Part shown: positions 55,728 to 64,000 of the stretch, in pieces
Position numbering within the stretch: the first letter of the stretch is position 1
Layout: each line of letters begins with the position of its first letter
Source of the DNA: an uncultured Bacilli bacterium
GTDB lineage: Bacteria; Bacillota_I; Bacilli_A; RF39; UBA660
Direction of reading: 5' to 3'
DNA length: 64,000 nt
Assembly: GCA_947626035.1 (NCBI GenBank)
Contig: CANQQR010000002.1
Location: 37,175-101,174 of the forward strand
Notes under the pieces: model-generated
Databases searched by the model: none
What the model was told of the DNA's origin: nothing
Seen by the model: only the letters and a program-made list of their open reading frames with translations
Program-made: the position numbers and the translations under genes

Positions 55728-57539
55728 TTATTCTTGTAAAGTTTCACTAGTTTTTATATAAATAGAATCTTCATTTATTTCTACCCAGTCATTATCATTT
55801 AACACTTTGGTTGCTTTTTTGCAGCCTACTATGCAAGGAATTTTTAATTCTCTTGCTATTATGCTCGCGTGGCAAGTTATTCCACCTTCATCAGTTATGA
55901 TTGCTGAACATTTTTTTATTAGTGATACAAATTTTGGAGTTGTCATTGGAGTTACAATAATATCTTTTTCTTTAAATTTTTTAAAGTCTTTTTCACTATA
56001 AATTTTGCATACTTTACCTAATGTATTACCAGGATATGCTATTTGTCCTTTTAAAATATTAGTGTCTTCTTCTTCGTCTTTTTTTATTATTATATTATGT
56101 GTTGATTTCCATTTGTTATAGTCGTTTGTCACATATAATTTATCAAATAATATAAAGCCTTTTTTGCGTTTTTCTAGTTCTTCTATTTTTTGATATTTAT
56201 TTTCTAATATTTCTTCTATTTTTAAGTAATTAATATATTTTTTATATTTTTCTGGTATTTTCTCTTTTAATTTTTCTATAAAATATTCACATGATTCATG
56301 ACATAAAGTATCATATTTATATCTAAAATCAAGAAACATTTTTTTAACTCTTTCCGTTATTTTGTCGTAGTGTCCTGCTAGTTGTCCTAAGCTTGTAAAT
56401 GGGTATAGGTTTATGATGGATTTATAAAATTTATTAAAATCTATATTAAGTTTGTTTTTGATAGCATTTTGTAAATATAGAATATCTTCTTTGATAGTAG
56501 TATTATAGTACTCGTTTATTTTATCAAAATTTTCTTCTATGAATGAGTACATTAAATATGGGTCTTCTTCTAAATCATAGTTGTTATAATATATATCAAT
56601 GTTTTGATTTTTACTATTGTATATAAATAATGGTTTAAAGTAGTATAAGTTATTAGTTAAGTTGCTAATTCCTTCATATTCCCCCTTATAATATATTTCT
56701 AGTTCTATGATTTTTAGAGGTCTAGTTAAAGATAAACAATATGATTTCGGAATGCTAGTTATTGAAGTTATTGCTCTTGCTTGTAATATGTAAATTTCAT
56801 TGTTTTTTAATGCATATTCTACATCAACGTATGTTTTATAAAGTTTTTCTATGTTTAAGATTATTTCTTCTAAATTTTTTATAATTTTTTTATCAATATC
56901 TATTGAACCAATATTTAAGTCAATTTTTTTAGTTTGTCTTCTTACTAAAAGTTTTGTAGGTGTTTTTGTTCCAGACACTAGTTGTTCTCCTAGTCCACTA
57001 ACTATTTCTATTACTGAGTAATTTTTTACATCATTTGTAGGATCAATAGAAAATGCAACGCCAGCATAATCAGGGTTTATCATTTTTTGAATTATTACAC
57101 ACATGCCATATAGGTTTTGCTCTTTGGAATAAGATATGACATTATTTTCGTATAAAGAACACCAACACAATTTGATTTTTTCTTCTAATTCAGTTAAGTC
57201 TACGTTTAAATAAGAATTATATTGACCTGCAAAAGATTTTTTTATACCATCTTCATTTAATGCAGAGGAACGTACAGATACTAAATTACAATTTAATTTT
57301 TTATATTCATTCATAATCTTATTTTTTAGTTCATTATTAAATTTAGAATTTATTACTAATTCTTTTATTAATGAATATTTGTTTTGATTTGCTAGTTCTT
57401 TTATTTTGTCATATATAGAGTTATATTTTAAAAATGTTATATATTCATTTTCTTCTATTACAAAAAAGTCAGGAACATTAAAATTGTTTTCTTTTAACTT
57501 AATTAATGAATTTGCTTTACCACCTAAATTTTTATTCAT
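55728..57539 (-). CDS. PEP-utilising enzyme family protein: N-terminal PPDK/PEP-synthase ATP-grasp nucleotide-binding domain + C-terminal swivelling phospho-histidine domain; lacks a PEP/pyruvate-binding TIM-barrel domain
   Basis: N-terminus: GGKANSL..L....VP.FFVI...VSVRSSALNEDG...SFAGQ (PPDK_N pattern). C-terminus: GNTLGKVCKI.....DIIVTPMTTP.....IKKCSAIITDEGGITCHASIIARELKIPCIVG (PEP-utilizers mobile domain with catalytic His). 603 aa. Confidence 0.7.
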   Translation of the reverse strand: MNKNLGGKANSLIKLKENNFNVPDFFVIEENEYITFLKYNSIYDKIKELANQNKYSLIKELVINSKFNNELKNKIMNEYKKLNCNLVSVRSSALNEDGIKKSFAGQYNSYLNVDLTELEEKIKLCWCSLYENNVISYSKEQNLYGMCVIIQKMINPDYAGVAFSIDPTNDVKNYSVIEIVSGLGEQLVSGTKTPTKLLVRRQTKKIDLNIGSIDIDKKIIKNLEEIILNIEKLYKTYVDVEYALKNNEIYILQARAITSITSIPKSYCLSLTRPLKIIELEIYYKGEYEGISNLTNNLYYFKPLFIYNSKNQNIDIYYNNYDLEEDPYLMYSFIEENFDKINEYYNTTIKEDILYLQNAIKNKLNIDFNKFYKSIINLYPFTSLGQLAGHYDKITERVKKMFLDFRYKYDTLCHESCEYFIEKLKEKIPEKYKKYINYLKIEEILENKYQKIEELEKRKKGFILFDKLYVTNDYNKWKSTHNIIIKKDEEEDTNILKGQIAYPGNTLGKVCKIYSEKDFKKFKEKDIIVTPMTTPKFVSLIKKCSAIITDEGGITCHASIIARELKIPCIVGCKKATKVLNDNDWVEINEDSIYIKTSETLQE

Positions 57540-57837
57540 ATTTTTTACTCTCCTATTTGATATTTTTATTATATCATAGATGGTTAATTAATTGATACTT
57601 TATTTAAATTGCAAAATAAAAACTTAGACTATTTATTTTTTATTCTCTAAGTTTTTGTTATATAAGCACGGATGCATATGTAAGCTTTTTTACATTATAT
57701 TTCGTTTCACTTTAATTGTCTTTCTAAATTTTTCAAACAAAAAAATAATTAACGCACGGATTTTAAAAATATAATAAAAGCTTTGTAACTTCTTGTAAAG
57801 AAAGGCGCTTGTGGGGGTTAAAGCACTTATTGATTTA

Positions 57838-58635
57838 TTAAAACATTCTTTGTTTCATTGTCAAAATCTTTTTTCTATCTACTACATAATCATCGCTTAA
57901 ATCAATTACTTCGTCCATATATGGCAAAGCTGGTATTGAGTTGCTTTTATTTATCAATGTATTAGCAATGTTTCGTAAATTTTTTAATGTTTGTATCTTA
58001 TTAGATAAAATATTGTATTGCCTTTTTGTTATTCTTTCTAGTGATTCTCCATACATTATGAGATAGAAAGACAAAATCATAGATAATTTATCTAAATCTT
58101 TATTTATAAATACTTTAGAATGTCTATAATCAATTAAAAACTCTTTTAGTAACATAGAGATAAATGGAGAGGTATGTCTTTTATAGGTGCATCCATCTAT
58201 ATCACAAAATGCAATATTGCCAAAGTTATCAATTAATATATTTTCAAAGCTTAAGTCTTGATATATGATTCCATTATTATGAATATTTCTTAATATTCTG
58301 CTTGCTTTTTCTGTATAAACTAGTAGTTCATTACAATTAAAATATCTTTTTAAAAATTTATCTGATAATGGCATAGAATTTGCAAAATATTTCATTGTGT
58401 AGCCTCTTAGTGTACCTTCTTCAATAATTAAACTTTGTGGCAATATGACACCATCTATTTTTATGCCATCCATATCAAGAAATTTTTTGTATAACTCTCT
58501 TTTTTCGTAAGGAAAAAGGCCATCTAAAAATTTATAGCCTATGATACCGTCAGTGTATATTGTGCTTTGTGTTCCTTGACTTTGTAATTTATGAAGAGTA
58601 GATAAATCTATTTCTTTGAATTTTATTTTTTCCAT
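57838..58635 (-). CDS. Atypical protein-kinase-like / aminoglycoside-phosphotransferase-like fold protein (266 aa from corrected start)
   Basis: Catalytic-loop-like IIYQDLSFENILID (Brenner-type motif with Tyr in place of His) and DFG-like FCDIDGC. The corrected start, MEKIKFK at 58635, is preceded by AAAGGGGGAA 9 nt upstream. The ORF-track start at 58809 is probably an upstream in-frame extension. A TTGCAT-17-TATTAT promoter lies upstream. Confidence 0.5.
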   Translation of the reverse strand: MEKIKFKEIDLSTLHKLQSQGTQSTIYTDGIIGYKFLDGLFPYEKRELYKKFLDMDGIKIDGVILPQSLIIEEGTLRGYTMKYFANSMPLSDKFLKRYFNCNELLVYTEKASRILRNIHNNGIIYQDLSFENILIDNFGNIAFCDIDGCTYKRHTSPFISMLLKEFLIDYRHSKVFINKDLDKLSMILSFYLIMYGESLERITKRQYNILSNKIQTLKNLRNIANTLINKSNSIPALPYMDEVIDLSDDYVVDRKKILTMKQRMF

Positions 58636-58999
58636 ACTAATACTTCCCCCTTTTTTGAAGTTTTTATGTATAATACCACTAAAAGTGAGTTTATGCAATT
58701 TTTTATTAGTTAGTTGAAAAAATAATTCTTTTTTATTAGAATATATAATAATATTTAAAAATCCATTTGTTTTATATTTTAATAAATTAATAAAACTCGA
58801 ACTAAGCATATCATTTGAAAAGTCCGAGTTTAATAATCAATAATATTGGTGCGAGTGACATAGTAATCTACAACTCTATTTCAATAAGTTTTTGTGTTTC
58901 AATATATTTGTAAAAATCATTACAAGAAATGTGTTTTTTCGGTTTTTGATATTCATATAAATACAAATTAGCATTTATTTTAACTTCACTATGGTCATT

Positions 59000-59404
59000 T
59001 CAAAATTTATCTATTACATCTTTTAATAAATATTCTTCATTTATGTATTCATGAATCCCCTTATATTTGCCCCAAGAGTGTTCAAACCAATAGTGTTTAC
59101 CATTTTTTTCAAAAGTTAAAAAAGTATGTGAAGGTAACATATCTTCATCTACTATATAGATAAAATATGTTTTTACTATTATATCATTTTCAGAAAATAA
59201 TTTTCTTTCTAGTTCTACTTGATCCCAACATACACCACATTGTGATTGCATTAATTCCTCTGGCGTTTGTAGATAATAGAAATTTTCAAAATCTTCATCC
59301 CATTTTTGTGGATTGGTATTTATTATATTATTTCCATCTTCATCCTTAAACCCATATTCAATTGAATCCATTAAATTCATTATTTTATCGGCTGTTTCCA
59401 ACAT
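59000..59404 (-). CDS. Hypothetical protein (134 aa) with possible Cys/His catalytic dyad (QCGVCWDQ ... H)
   Basis: Clean ORF with an AGGAG ribosome-binding site. A weak resemblance to permuted papain-like / transglutaminase-like folds was judged by eye only. Confidence 0.4.
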   Translation of the reverse strand: MLETADKIMNLMDSIEYGFKDEDGNNIINTNPQKWDEDFENFYYLQTPEELMQSQCGVCWDQVELERKLFSENDIIVKTYFIYIVDEDMLPSHTFLTFEKNGKHYWFEHSWGKYKGIHEYINEEYLLKDVIDKF

Positions 59405-59448
59405 AAATTCACTCCTATCTAAAAAATTAAATTTTTTATTCTACTAGC

Positions 59449-59610
59449 TTAATTTTTAAAGGTGTCAAATTCGATACCTTTGAAATTTTCATTATTTAAT
59501 TTTTTCCACAATCCTAAATAAGCAATAACATCCAGTTTTGAATGGTATCTTGAATCATCTTCATCAGCATATCTAGCCAAATTTGTAAGAGAGATATATT
59601 CTTTATTCAT
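59449..59610 (-). CDS. Small hypothetical ORF (53 aa) with good RBS (AGAGGAA)
   Basis: MNKEYISLTNLARYADEDDSRYHSKLDVIAYLGLWKKLNNENFKGIEFDTFKN. It is below the ORF-track size cut-off. No motif. Confidence 0.25.
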   Translation of the reverse strand: MNKEYISLTNLARYADEDDSRYHSKLDVIAYLGLWKKLNNENFKGIEFDTFKN

Positions 59611-59700
59611 ATTTTCCTCTTACTAAATTATTTTATCATAAATTATTGAATAAAAAAACTCGTACTTATTAAAATTACTTTGACGGTAATTTTTGAGAGT

Positions 59701-59730
59701 AAAAATATAAAAACCCTTAAAATTAAGGGC
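59701..59730 (-). terminator. Intrinsic terminator after the tRNA pair (stem ccctta/taaggg, U-rich tail)
   Basis: Hairpin at 59713-59728. The minus-strand tail is uuuuuauauuuu. Confidence 0.6.
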
Positions 59731-59744
59731 TTTGTAAACAATAT

Positions 59745-59830
59745 TTGGTGCAGGCGAAGGGACTTGAACCCCCATGGATTGCTCCGCTAGATCCTAAGTC
59801 TAGTGCGTCTGCCAATTTCGCCACGCCTGC
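59745..59830 (-). tRNA. tRNA-Leu (anticodon UAG), long variable arm, CCA encoded
   Basis: Reverse complement: GCAGGCGTGGCGAAATTGGCAGACGCACTAGACTTAGGATCTAGCGGAGCAATCCATGGGGGTTCAAGTCCCTTCGCCTGCACCA. It has a cloverleaf with anticodon loop cuUAGga and T-loop GGTTCAAGTCC. Confidence 0.9.
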
Positions 59831-59840
59831 AAACTTTAGT

Positions 59841-59917
59841 GGTGGACCTTGCAGGACTCGAACCTGCGACCGCCCGGTTATGAGCCGGATGCTCTAACCA
59901 ACTGAGCTAAAGGTCCA
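59841..59917 (-). tRNA. tRNA with CAU anticodon (elongator Met or lysidine-modified Ile2; not initiator, since position 1 pairs with position 72)
   Basis: Reverse complement: GGACCTTTAGCTCAGTTGGTTAGAGCATCCGGCTCATAACCGGGCGGTCGCAGGTTCGAGTCCTGCAAGGTCCACCA. The acceptor stem is perfect and the anticodon loop is CUCAUAA. Confidence 0.85.
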
Positions 59918-60012
59918 TTGCATTTATAATATTACAACATATAATATTAAATTGCAAGTATTTTTATTCTTTTATGTCAAAAAAATGTATAAAAAGAAAA
60001 AAGTAGCCTAAA

Positions 60013-60453
60013 CTACTTATCTTCTAATCTTGATAATAAATCTATTTTAAACATTTCTTTTTGAGCATTTGCTTTGGAAATCATTATTCCTTTATAAGCT
60101 GTTAATTCTGATTTATGTCCATCCATTAAAATTCCCTTAGGCTCAAGTGTATTTAACATTACTACATTTTGTTTTTTATAAACTGTGTAATTTAGTTTTA
60201 CTTTACCATAAACTTTTACAAATAGATTATCTGTAGGAAGTTGTAAATCATATGTTTCTGTTTGTTCATGTTTGTTTATTCCTACTAATTCTCCTAAAAA
60301 TTCTCCTTTTCTTAAACTTGGATAAAAATCAAACATTAATTTTTTATAAGCCATCATGTTATATTTTTTTAAACTTCTTTCTAGTTTCTTAAAGTTATTT
60401 TCATCTAAGTAATCTAATAAATATCTTCCTTTCATAATCAACCTTACCCCCAT
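60013..60453 (-). CDS. Hypothetical protein (146 aa); possible start at internal MKGRYLL
   Basis: Clean ORF between the tRNAs and thrS. A faint RelE/ParE-like C-terminal pattern is not convincing. No partner gene is present. Confidence 0.35.
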   Translation of the reverse strand: MGVRLIMKGRYLLDYLDENNFKKLERSLKKYNMMAYKKLMFDFYPSLRKGEFLGELVGINKHEQTETYDLQLPTDNLFVKVYGKVKLNYTVYKKQNVVMLNTLEPKGILMDGHKSELTAYKGIMISKANAQKEMFKIDLLSRLEDK

Positions 60454-60543
60454 TAACTGTTTAAATTATAGCATATTTTGTACATTTTGTCAATAAAATG
60501 TAATTATAAAAGTACATTTTTGATTTTTAGTTAGAAAAAAGAC

Positions 60544-62289
60544 TTATTGTATTAATAAATCTTTGTTTTCTATTTCTTTATTTATCATGTTTAAGAATTC
60601 GTCATATGTAAGTGTTATTGTTTCTTCACTACCATATTTTCTGTAACTTATTGTGTTATCATCTACTTCTTTTTGTCCTATTATTAATGTGTAAGGCATT
60701 TTTTTCATAACACTTTCTCTTAGACGGTAGCCTAGTTTTTCTTCTCTATCGTCTAGTTCTACTCTTATGTTATCATTTGTTAATTTTTCTTTTATTTTAT
60801 TTGCATATTCTAAGTGATAGTCGTTATTTACTGGAACGATACATACTTGTACTGGGCTAAGCCATAGTGGGAAAGCACCTGCAAAGTGTTCTATTAATAT
60901 TCCTATAAATCTTTCTACTGAACCGAATATTACTCTGTGTAACATTATTGGACGTTTTTTTGTTCCGTCACTATCTATGTATGTTAAATCAAATCTTTCA
61001 GGAAGATTCATGTCTAGTTGTATAGTACCGCATTGCCATTCACGTCCTAGTGAATCTGTTACATGGAAATCTAGTTTTGGGCCATAGAATGCACCGTCTC
61101 CTGGGTTTATTTTGCAAGTGTGTCCTGATATTTTGCATGCGTTTTCTAGTATGCTTTCTGCTTTATTCCATGTTTCTATTTCTCCTATGTATTTTTCTAT
61201 TGGTCTAGTAGATAGTTCTATTGTGTATGGAAGTTTAAATATTTTATAAATTCTATCAATAAAGTTTATAAGTCTTATTATTTCTTCTTCCATTTGGTCT
61301 TCTCTCATAAATATATGAGCATCATCTTGAGTAAAGCAACGTACTCTAAACAAACCGTTTAATGCTCCACTTGCTTCGTGACGATGAACTAGGCCAAGTT
61401 CTCCACATCTTATTGGTAAATCTTTATATGAGTGTAAGCTATTTTTATATATTAGCATTCCTCCAGGACAATTCATTGGTTTTATTGCAAATTCTACATC
61501 ATCTATTGTACTTGTGTACATGTTATCTTTATAGTTTTTCCAGTGACCGCTTAATTCCCATAGGTCTCTATTTAGCATTGTTGGTGTTTTTACGAAAACG
61601 TAACCTTCTTTTGCGTGTTCTTTATACCAGAAGTTTTCTAGTTCATTTCTTAAAATCATTCCTTTAGGTAACCAGAATGGAAAACCTGGACCGTATTCGC
61701 TTATCATGAATAAGTCTAGTTCTTTTCCTAATTTTTTATGGTCTCTTTTTTTGGCTTCTTCTTGCATTTTTAGGTAGTCATTAAGTTCTTCTTCTGTGTT
61801 AAAGCATACACCATAGATTCTTTGTAACATTTTGTTGTTTTTGTCGCCTTTCCAGTATGCACCTGAAAATTTTGTTAGTTTAAAGTATTTTATGTTTTTT
61901 ACACTTTCTACATGAGGTCCACGACATAGGTCAGTGAAGTCTCCTTGAGTATAGCAAGATATTACAGTAGTATCGTCCATTTTGTTTATTAAGTCTAGTT
62001 TGTATGGGTCATTTTTAAATCTTTCTAGTGCTTCTTCTTTTGTTATTTCTTCTCTTATTATACGACTACCATCTTTACTTATTTTTTTCATTTCTTTTTC
62101 TATTTTTTCTAAGTCTAATTCATGTATTACATCGTCGCCTAGGTCAATATCATAATAGAAACCCTCTTCTACTACTGGTCCTACCCAAAATTTTGCTTGT
62201 GGGTATAAGTGTTTTACCGCTTGTGCGAGTAAATGAGCACAACTATGATTTATTGTATTTAAATCTTCTCTTTCTTTAAAATTTATCAT
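60544..62289 (-). CDS. thrS: Threonine--tRNA ligase (N-terminal TGS domain absent)
   Basis: The editing-domain HxxxH motif is at the N-terminus (HSCAHLLAQA). Class II core motifs (FRHEASGALNGLFRVRCFTQDDAHIF, GPKLDFH) and a C-terminal anticodon-binding domain are present. 581 aa, compared with ~640 for the typical form. Confidence 0.9.
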   Translation of the reverse strand: MINFKEREDLNTINHSCAHLLAQAVKHLYPQAKFWVGPVVEEGFYYDIDLGDDVIHELDLEKIEKEMKKISKDGSRIIREEITKEEALERFKNDPYKLDLINKMDDTTVISCYTQGDFTDLCRGPHVESVKNIKYFKLTKFSGAYWKGDKNNKMLQRIYGVCFNTEEELNDYLKMQEEAKKRDHKKLGKELDLFMISEYGPGFPFWLPKGMILRNELENFWYKEHAKEGYVFVKTPTMLNRDLWELSGHWKNYKDNMYTSTIDDVEFAIKPMNCPGGMLIYKNSLHSYKDLPIRCGELGLVHRHEASGALNGLFRVRCFTQDDAHIFMREDQMEEEIIRLINFIDRIYKIFKLPYTIELSTRPIEKYIGEIETWNKAESILENACKISGHTCKINPGDGAFYGPKLDFHVTDSLGREWQCGTIQLDMNLPERFDLTYIDSDGTKKRPIMLHRVIFGSVERFIGILIEHFAGAFPLWLSPVQVCIVPVNNDYHLEYANKIKEKLTNDNIRVELDDREEKLGYRLRESVMKKMPYTLIIGQKEVDDNTISYRKYGSEETITLTYDEFLNMINKEIENKDLLIQ

Positions 62290-62290
62290 T

Positions 62291-62437
62291 TTATCTACCC
62301 TTTCTTTTTTCGTATGCTAGTTTTACTATTTGATCACTTTTCATAGCTGTTTTTATTTCTTTTAGACGGTCTATTAATATACGTCTTTTTAGTCTCCTTA
62401 GCATTTTTCCACGATTTGTTATATTCATTTTTATCAT
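62291..62437 (-). CDS. Small basic ORF (49 aa) immediately upstream of thrS, strong RBS (AGGAGG)
   Basis: MIKMNITNRGKMLRRLKRRILIDRLKEIKTAMKSDQIVKLAYEKRKGR. Its stop is 1 nt before the thrS ATG. It is below the ORF-track cut-off. Confidence 0.25.
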   Translation of the reverse strand: MIKMNITNRGKMLRRLKRRILIDRLKEIKTAMKSDQIVKLAYEKRKGR

Positions 62438-62457
62438 TTTCAAAACCTCCTATTTTT

Positions 62458-62629
62458 CTACTTCATCGTATTTTACTTTTAATTTCCTTATTTCTGAGTT
62501 AATCATTATTATACGTTTTTTTATGCCTAGTTGTTCTTCTACGTTTTTCGTTCGTTTTAAACTTTCGTTTAAAAGTTTTTTTTCAATTACTAGTTTGTTT
62601 ATTGCAATGTCTATTTCTTTTGTGTTCAC
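62458..62629 (-). CDS. Small coiled-coil ORF (57 aa, GTG start, GGAGG RBS); vaguely Spo0E-like
   Basis: V/MNTKEIDIAINKLVIEKKLLNESLKRTKNVEEQLGIKKRIIMINSEIRKLKVKYDEVEK. It lies directly after the T-box terminator. Confidence 0.25.
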
Positions 62630-62640
62630 TATTCGCCTCC

Positions 62641-62888
62641 TAATAGAAAAAAAGCACTTCTTTTTTAAGGAGTGCTAATAAATTTACACGGTACCATCCT
62701 ACCTTTAACTTTATAAACTATAACACGTTTAACTGTAGATTATTAGTCTCTCTAGAAAGGTAGTAATAAATAAGTATTTATATTAACTTCCACCTTTTGT
62801 TAACTCTCTATGATAAAGTCCTTATTTATGTTGTCCTTTTTAATCGATTTACAAGTGTTATTTTAGCATAATTATTGTATTTTAGCAA
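62641..62888 (-). promoter_or_regulatory. T-box riboswitch leader (thrS operon) with promoter TTGCTA-17-TAAAAT and intrinsic terminator
   Basis: The T-box-like sequence aaaggtaggatggtaccgtg is on the minus strand (plus 62687-62706). The terminator is agcacu...agugcu (62653-62676) plus U6. AGAGA motifs occur in the stem-I region. The -10 is at 62860-62865 and the -35 at 62883-62888. Confidence 0.5.
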
Positions 62889-62920
62889 TAGAAAATATTT
62901 GGTGTTTTGTTAAGTTGTTC

Positions 62921-62949
62921 TTTACTTTGTATTTATTTTTTCTTATAAT
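62921..62949 (+). promoter_or_regulatory. Promoter TTTACT-17-TATAAT for the sortase gene
   Basis: The -35 is at 62921-62926 and the -10 at 62944-62949. An AAAGGAGG ribosome-binding site is at 62957-62964. Confidence 0.5.
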
Positions 62950-62967
62950 ACTCTTTAAAGGAGGAAT

Positions 62968-64000
62968 ATGATGGCTCAAGAGGCGGAAGAGAGGAAGAAA
63001 AAGAAATCTAATAGTAGTGTTAAACGTAAGGTTAGTTCTAATAAGAAGACTAAAAAGCAAGATAAAGGTACTAGTAAAGTAGATAAGAAAAAAAGTGCTA
63101 AGGCTAGTAAAAAAAGTGCTTCTGTAAATAGTAGTAAGTCTAGTGCTACTTCTAAAAAGAAAATAAGTGATAAGACTAGTGGTAAAAGTAATGATAAAAA
63201 AATAAAGAAAAAAGCTCTTACTAATCTTGAAGAGAATGTAACAGATAGTAAAAATGAAGATAAGAGTACTGTTAAAGATAATGTTAAAAAGAATAAAGAT
63301 AAAGTTAAGTGTAAGTTTAGTTTAAATAAAAGGTTTGTGTTTGTTATTATTTTTGTAGTAGTTTTAGGGGCATTAGGTTTTTCTTCATTTAAGGTTTATC
63401 AGTATTTTAAAGATACTAAAAAGACTAAGGAAATTATTGATGATATTAATAAAGAAGTAGAGATTAAAGAAGACGATTCGGTTTATACTGAGTATACTGA
63501 GGTTTCAGAAGATAGTCCATATTTTTCTTATATGAAAATGAATATGATTGATGTGGATTTAAGTAATCTTTTAAGTATTAATAGTGAGACTAAGGGTTGG
63601 ATTCAAGTTAGTGGAACTAATATTAATTACCCTTTTGTACAATATAGTGATAATGATTTTTATTTAACACATACTTTTGATTATAGTTATAATGGTAATG
63701 GTTGGGTATTTTTAGATTATAGGAATGATATTAATAATTTAGGAATGAATAATGTTATTTATGCTCATGGACTTAAGAATAAGACTATGTTTGGAACTTT
63801 AAGATATACTTTAAATAGTAGTTGGTTTAATAATAAAGATAATAGAGTTGTTAAAATGAGTACTTTAGGTGGTAATTCTTTATGGCAAGTGTTTAGTGTT
63901 TATCATATTGAGAATGAGAATGATTTTATTAAAGTTAATTTTGGTAGTATACCAGAGTTTAAGAATTTTATTAATATTATTAAAAGTAGAAGTGTTTTTG
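62968..64000 (+). CDS. Sortase family protein (class B-like), N-terminal K/S-rich low-complexity region, single TM; 3' end beyond window
   Basis: After the transmembrane segment (FVFVIIFVVVLGALGF) come IDVDLSNLLSINSETKGWIQVSGTNINYPFVQYSDNDFYLTHTFDYSYNGNGWVFLDYRN and VIYAHG, the typical sortase pattern (..GWI.IP.T.I.YPV.Q..DN.YYL.H.F......G.IF.D.R; ..IYGHN). The ORF is open to the window end. Confidence 0.7.
   Translation, partial: MMAQEAEERKKKKSNSSVKRKVSSNKKTKKQDKGTSKVDKKKSAKASKKSASVNSSKSSATSKKKISDKTSGKSNDKKIKKKALTNLEENVTDSKNEDKSTVKDNVKKNKDKVKCKFSLNKRFVFVIIFVVVLGALGFSSFKVYQYFKDTKKTKEIIDDINKEVEIKEDDSVYTEYTEVSEDSPYFSYMKMNMIDVDLSNLLSINSETKGWIQVSGTNINYPFVQYSDNDFYLTHTFDYSYNGNGWVFLDYRNDINNLGMNNVIYAHGLKNKTMFGTLRYTLNSSWFNNKDNRVVKMSTLGGNSLWQVFSVYHIENENDFIKVNFGSIPEFKNFINIIKSRSVF

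Noticed and set aside
58636-58809. N-terminal 58 aa of the ORF-track kinase-like ORF (MLSSSFINLL...)
   Set aside because: There is no ribosome-binding site at 58809. The internal ATG at 58635 has AAAGGGGGAA 9 nt upstream and begins the kinase-like homology. The upstream part is probably an in-frame extension.
62872-63060. 62-aa minus-strand ORF upstream of the sortase gene
   Set aside because: It overlaps the sortase promoter, ribosome-binding site and 5' coding region on the opposite strand. It has no ribosome-binding site and is a hydrophobic or low-complexity translation of AT-rich DNA.
1-64000. CRISPR arrays, IS elements/transposases, integrases, rRNA
   Set aside because: I scanned for regularly spaced direct repeats with unique spacers, terminal inverted repeats flanking ORFs, and DDE or tyrosine-recombinase motifs. 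None was found. The only tandem repeats are the 3x11-bp unit upstream of fic and the A/T-tract arrays.

Overview
This is a very AT-rich, low-GC Firmicutes-type chromosomal window, almost entirely transcribed on the minus strand. Gene content pointing to that lineage includes PolC, the ComEA/ComEC competence proteins, a sortase, a ComGC-like pilin and T-box leaders.

The window has two parts. Coordinates 1..18600 form an accessory island lying between the 5' end of dxs and the conserved rnc-smc pair. Coordinates 18600..64000 are a syntenic housekeeping backbone. It carries smc, rnc, yidD, ruvAB, dtd, relA, secDF, comEA/comEC, dnaE, radC, rpmF, tmcAL, polA, polC, thyA, argS, two tRNAs, thrS and a sortase.

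The most notable element is a seven-gene operon on the minus strand at 4938..15157. Its starts and stops overlap or abut throughout. In transcription order it encodes two paralogous phage tail-collar-domain proteins, a 2034-aa RHS/YD-repeat polymorphic toxin with no recognisable signal peptide, a cognate immunity protein, an M23 peptidase with two LysM domains, a TcdE-family holin and an ArpU-like late regulator. A second, orphan immunity paralog with its own promoter follows it, as do two tandem paralogous membrane proteins and a class II Fic AMPylator. I interpret the operon as a phage-lysis-module-derived, holin/endolysin-dependent release system for an RHS toxin. That would be analogous to TcdE-dependent release of clostridial toxins, but it is unproven.

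Other points of interest:
- a thyA gene abutting a three-domain fusion (cytidylyltransferase-like, dCMP deaminase and a degenerate HIT-like domain);
- two plus-strand small-RNA candidates, each with a promoter and an intrinsic terminator;
- T-box leaders upstream of argS and thrS, the latter followed by two small ORFs with strong ribosome-binding sites;
- a pair formed by a PEP-utilising-enzyme-like protein and an APH-like kinase.

I saw no CRISPR array, transposase or rRNA.
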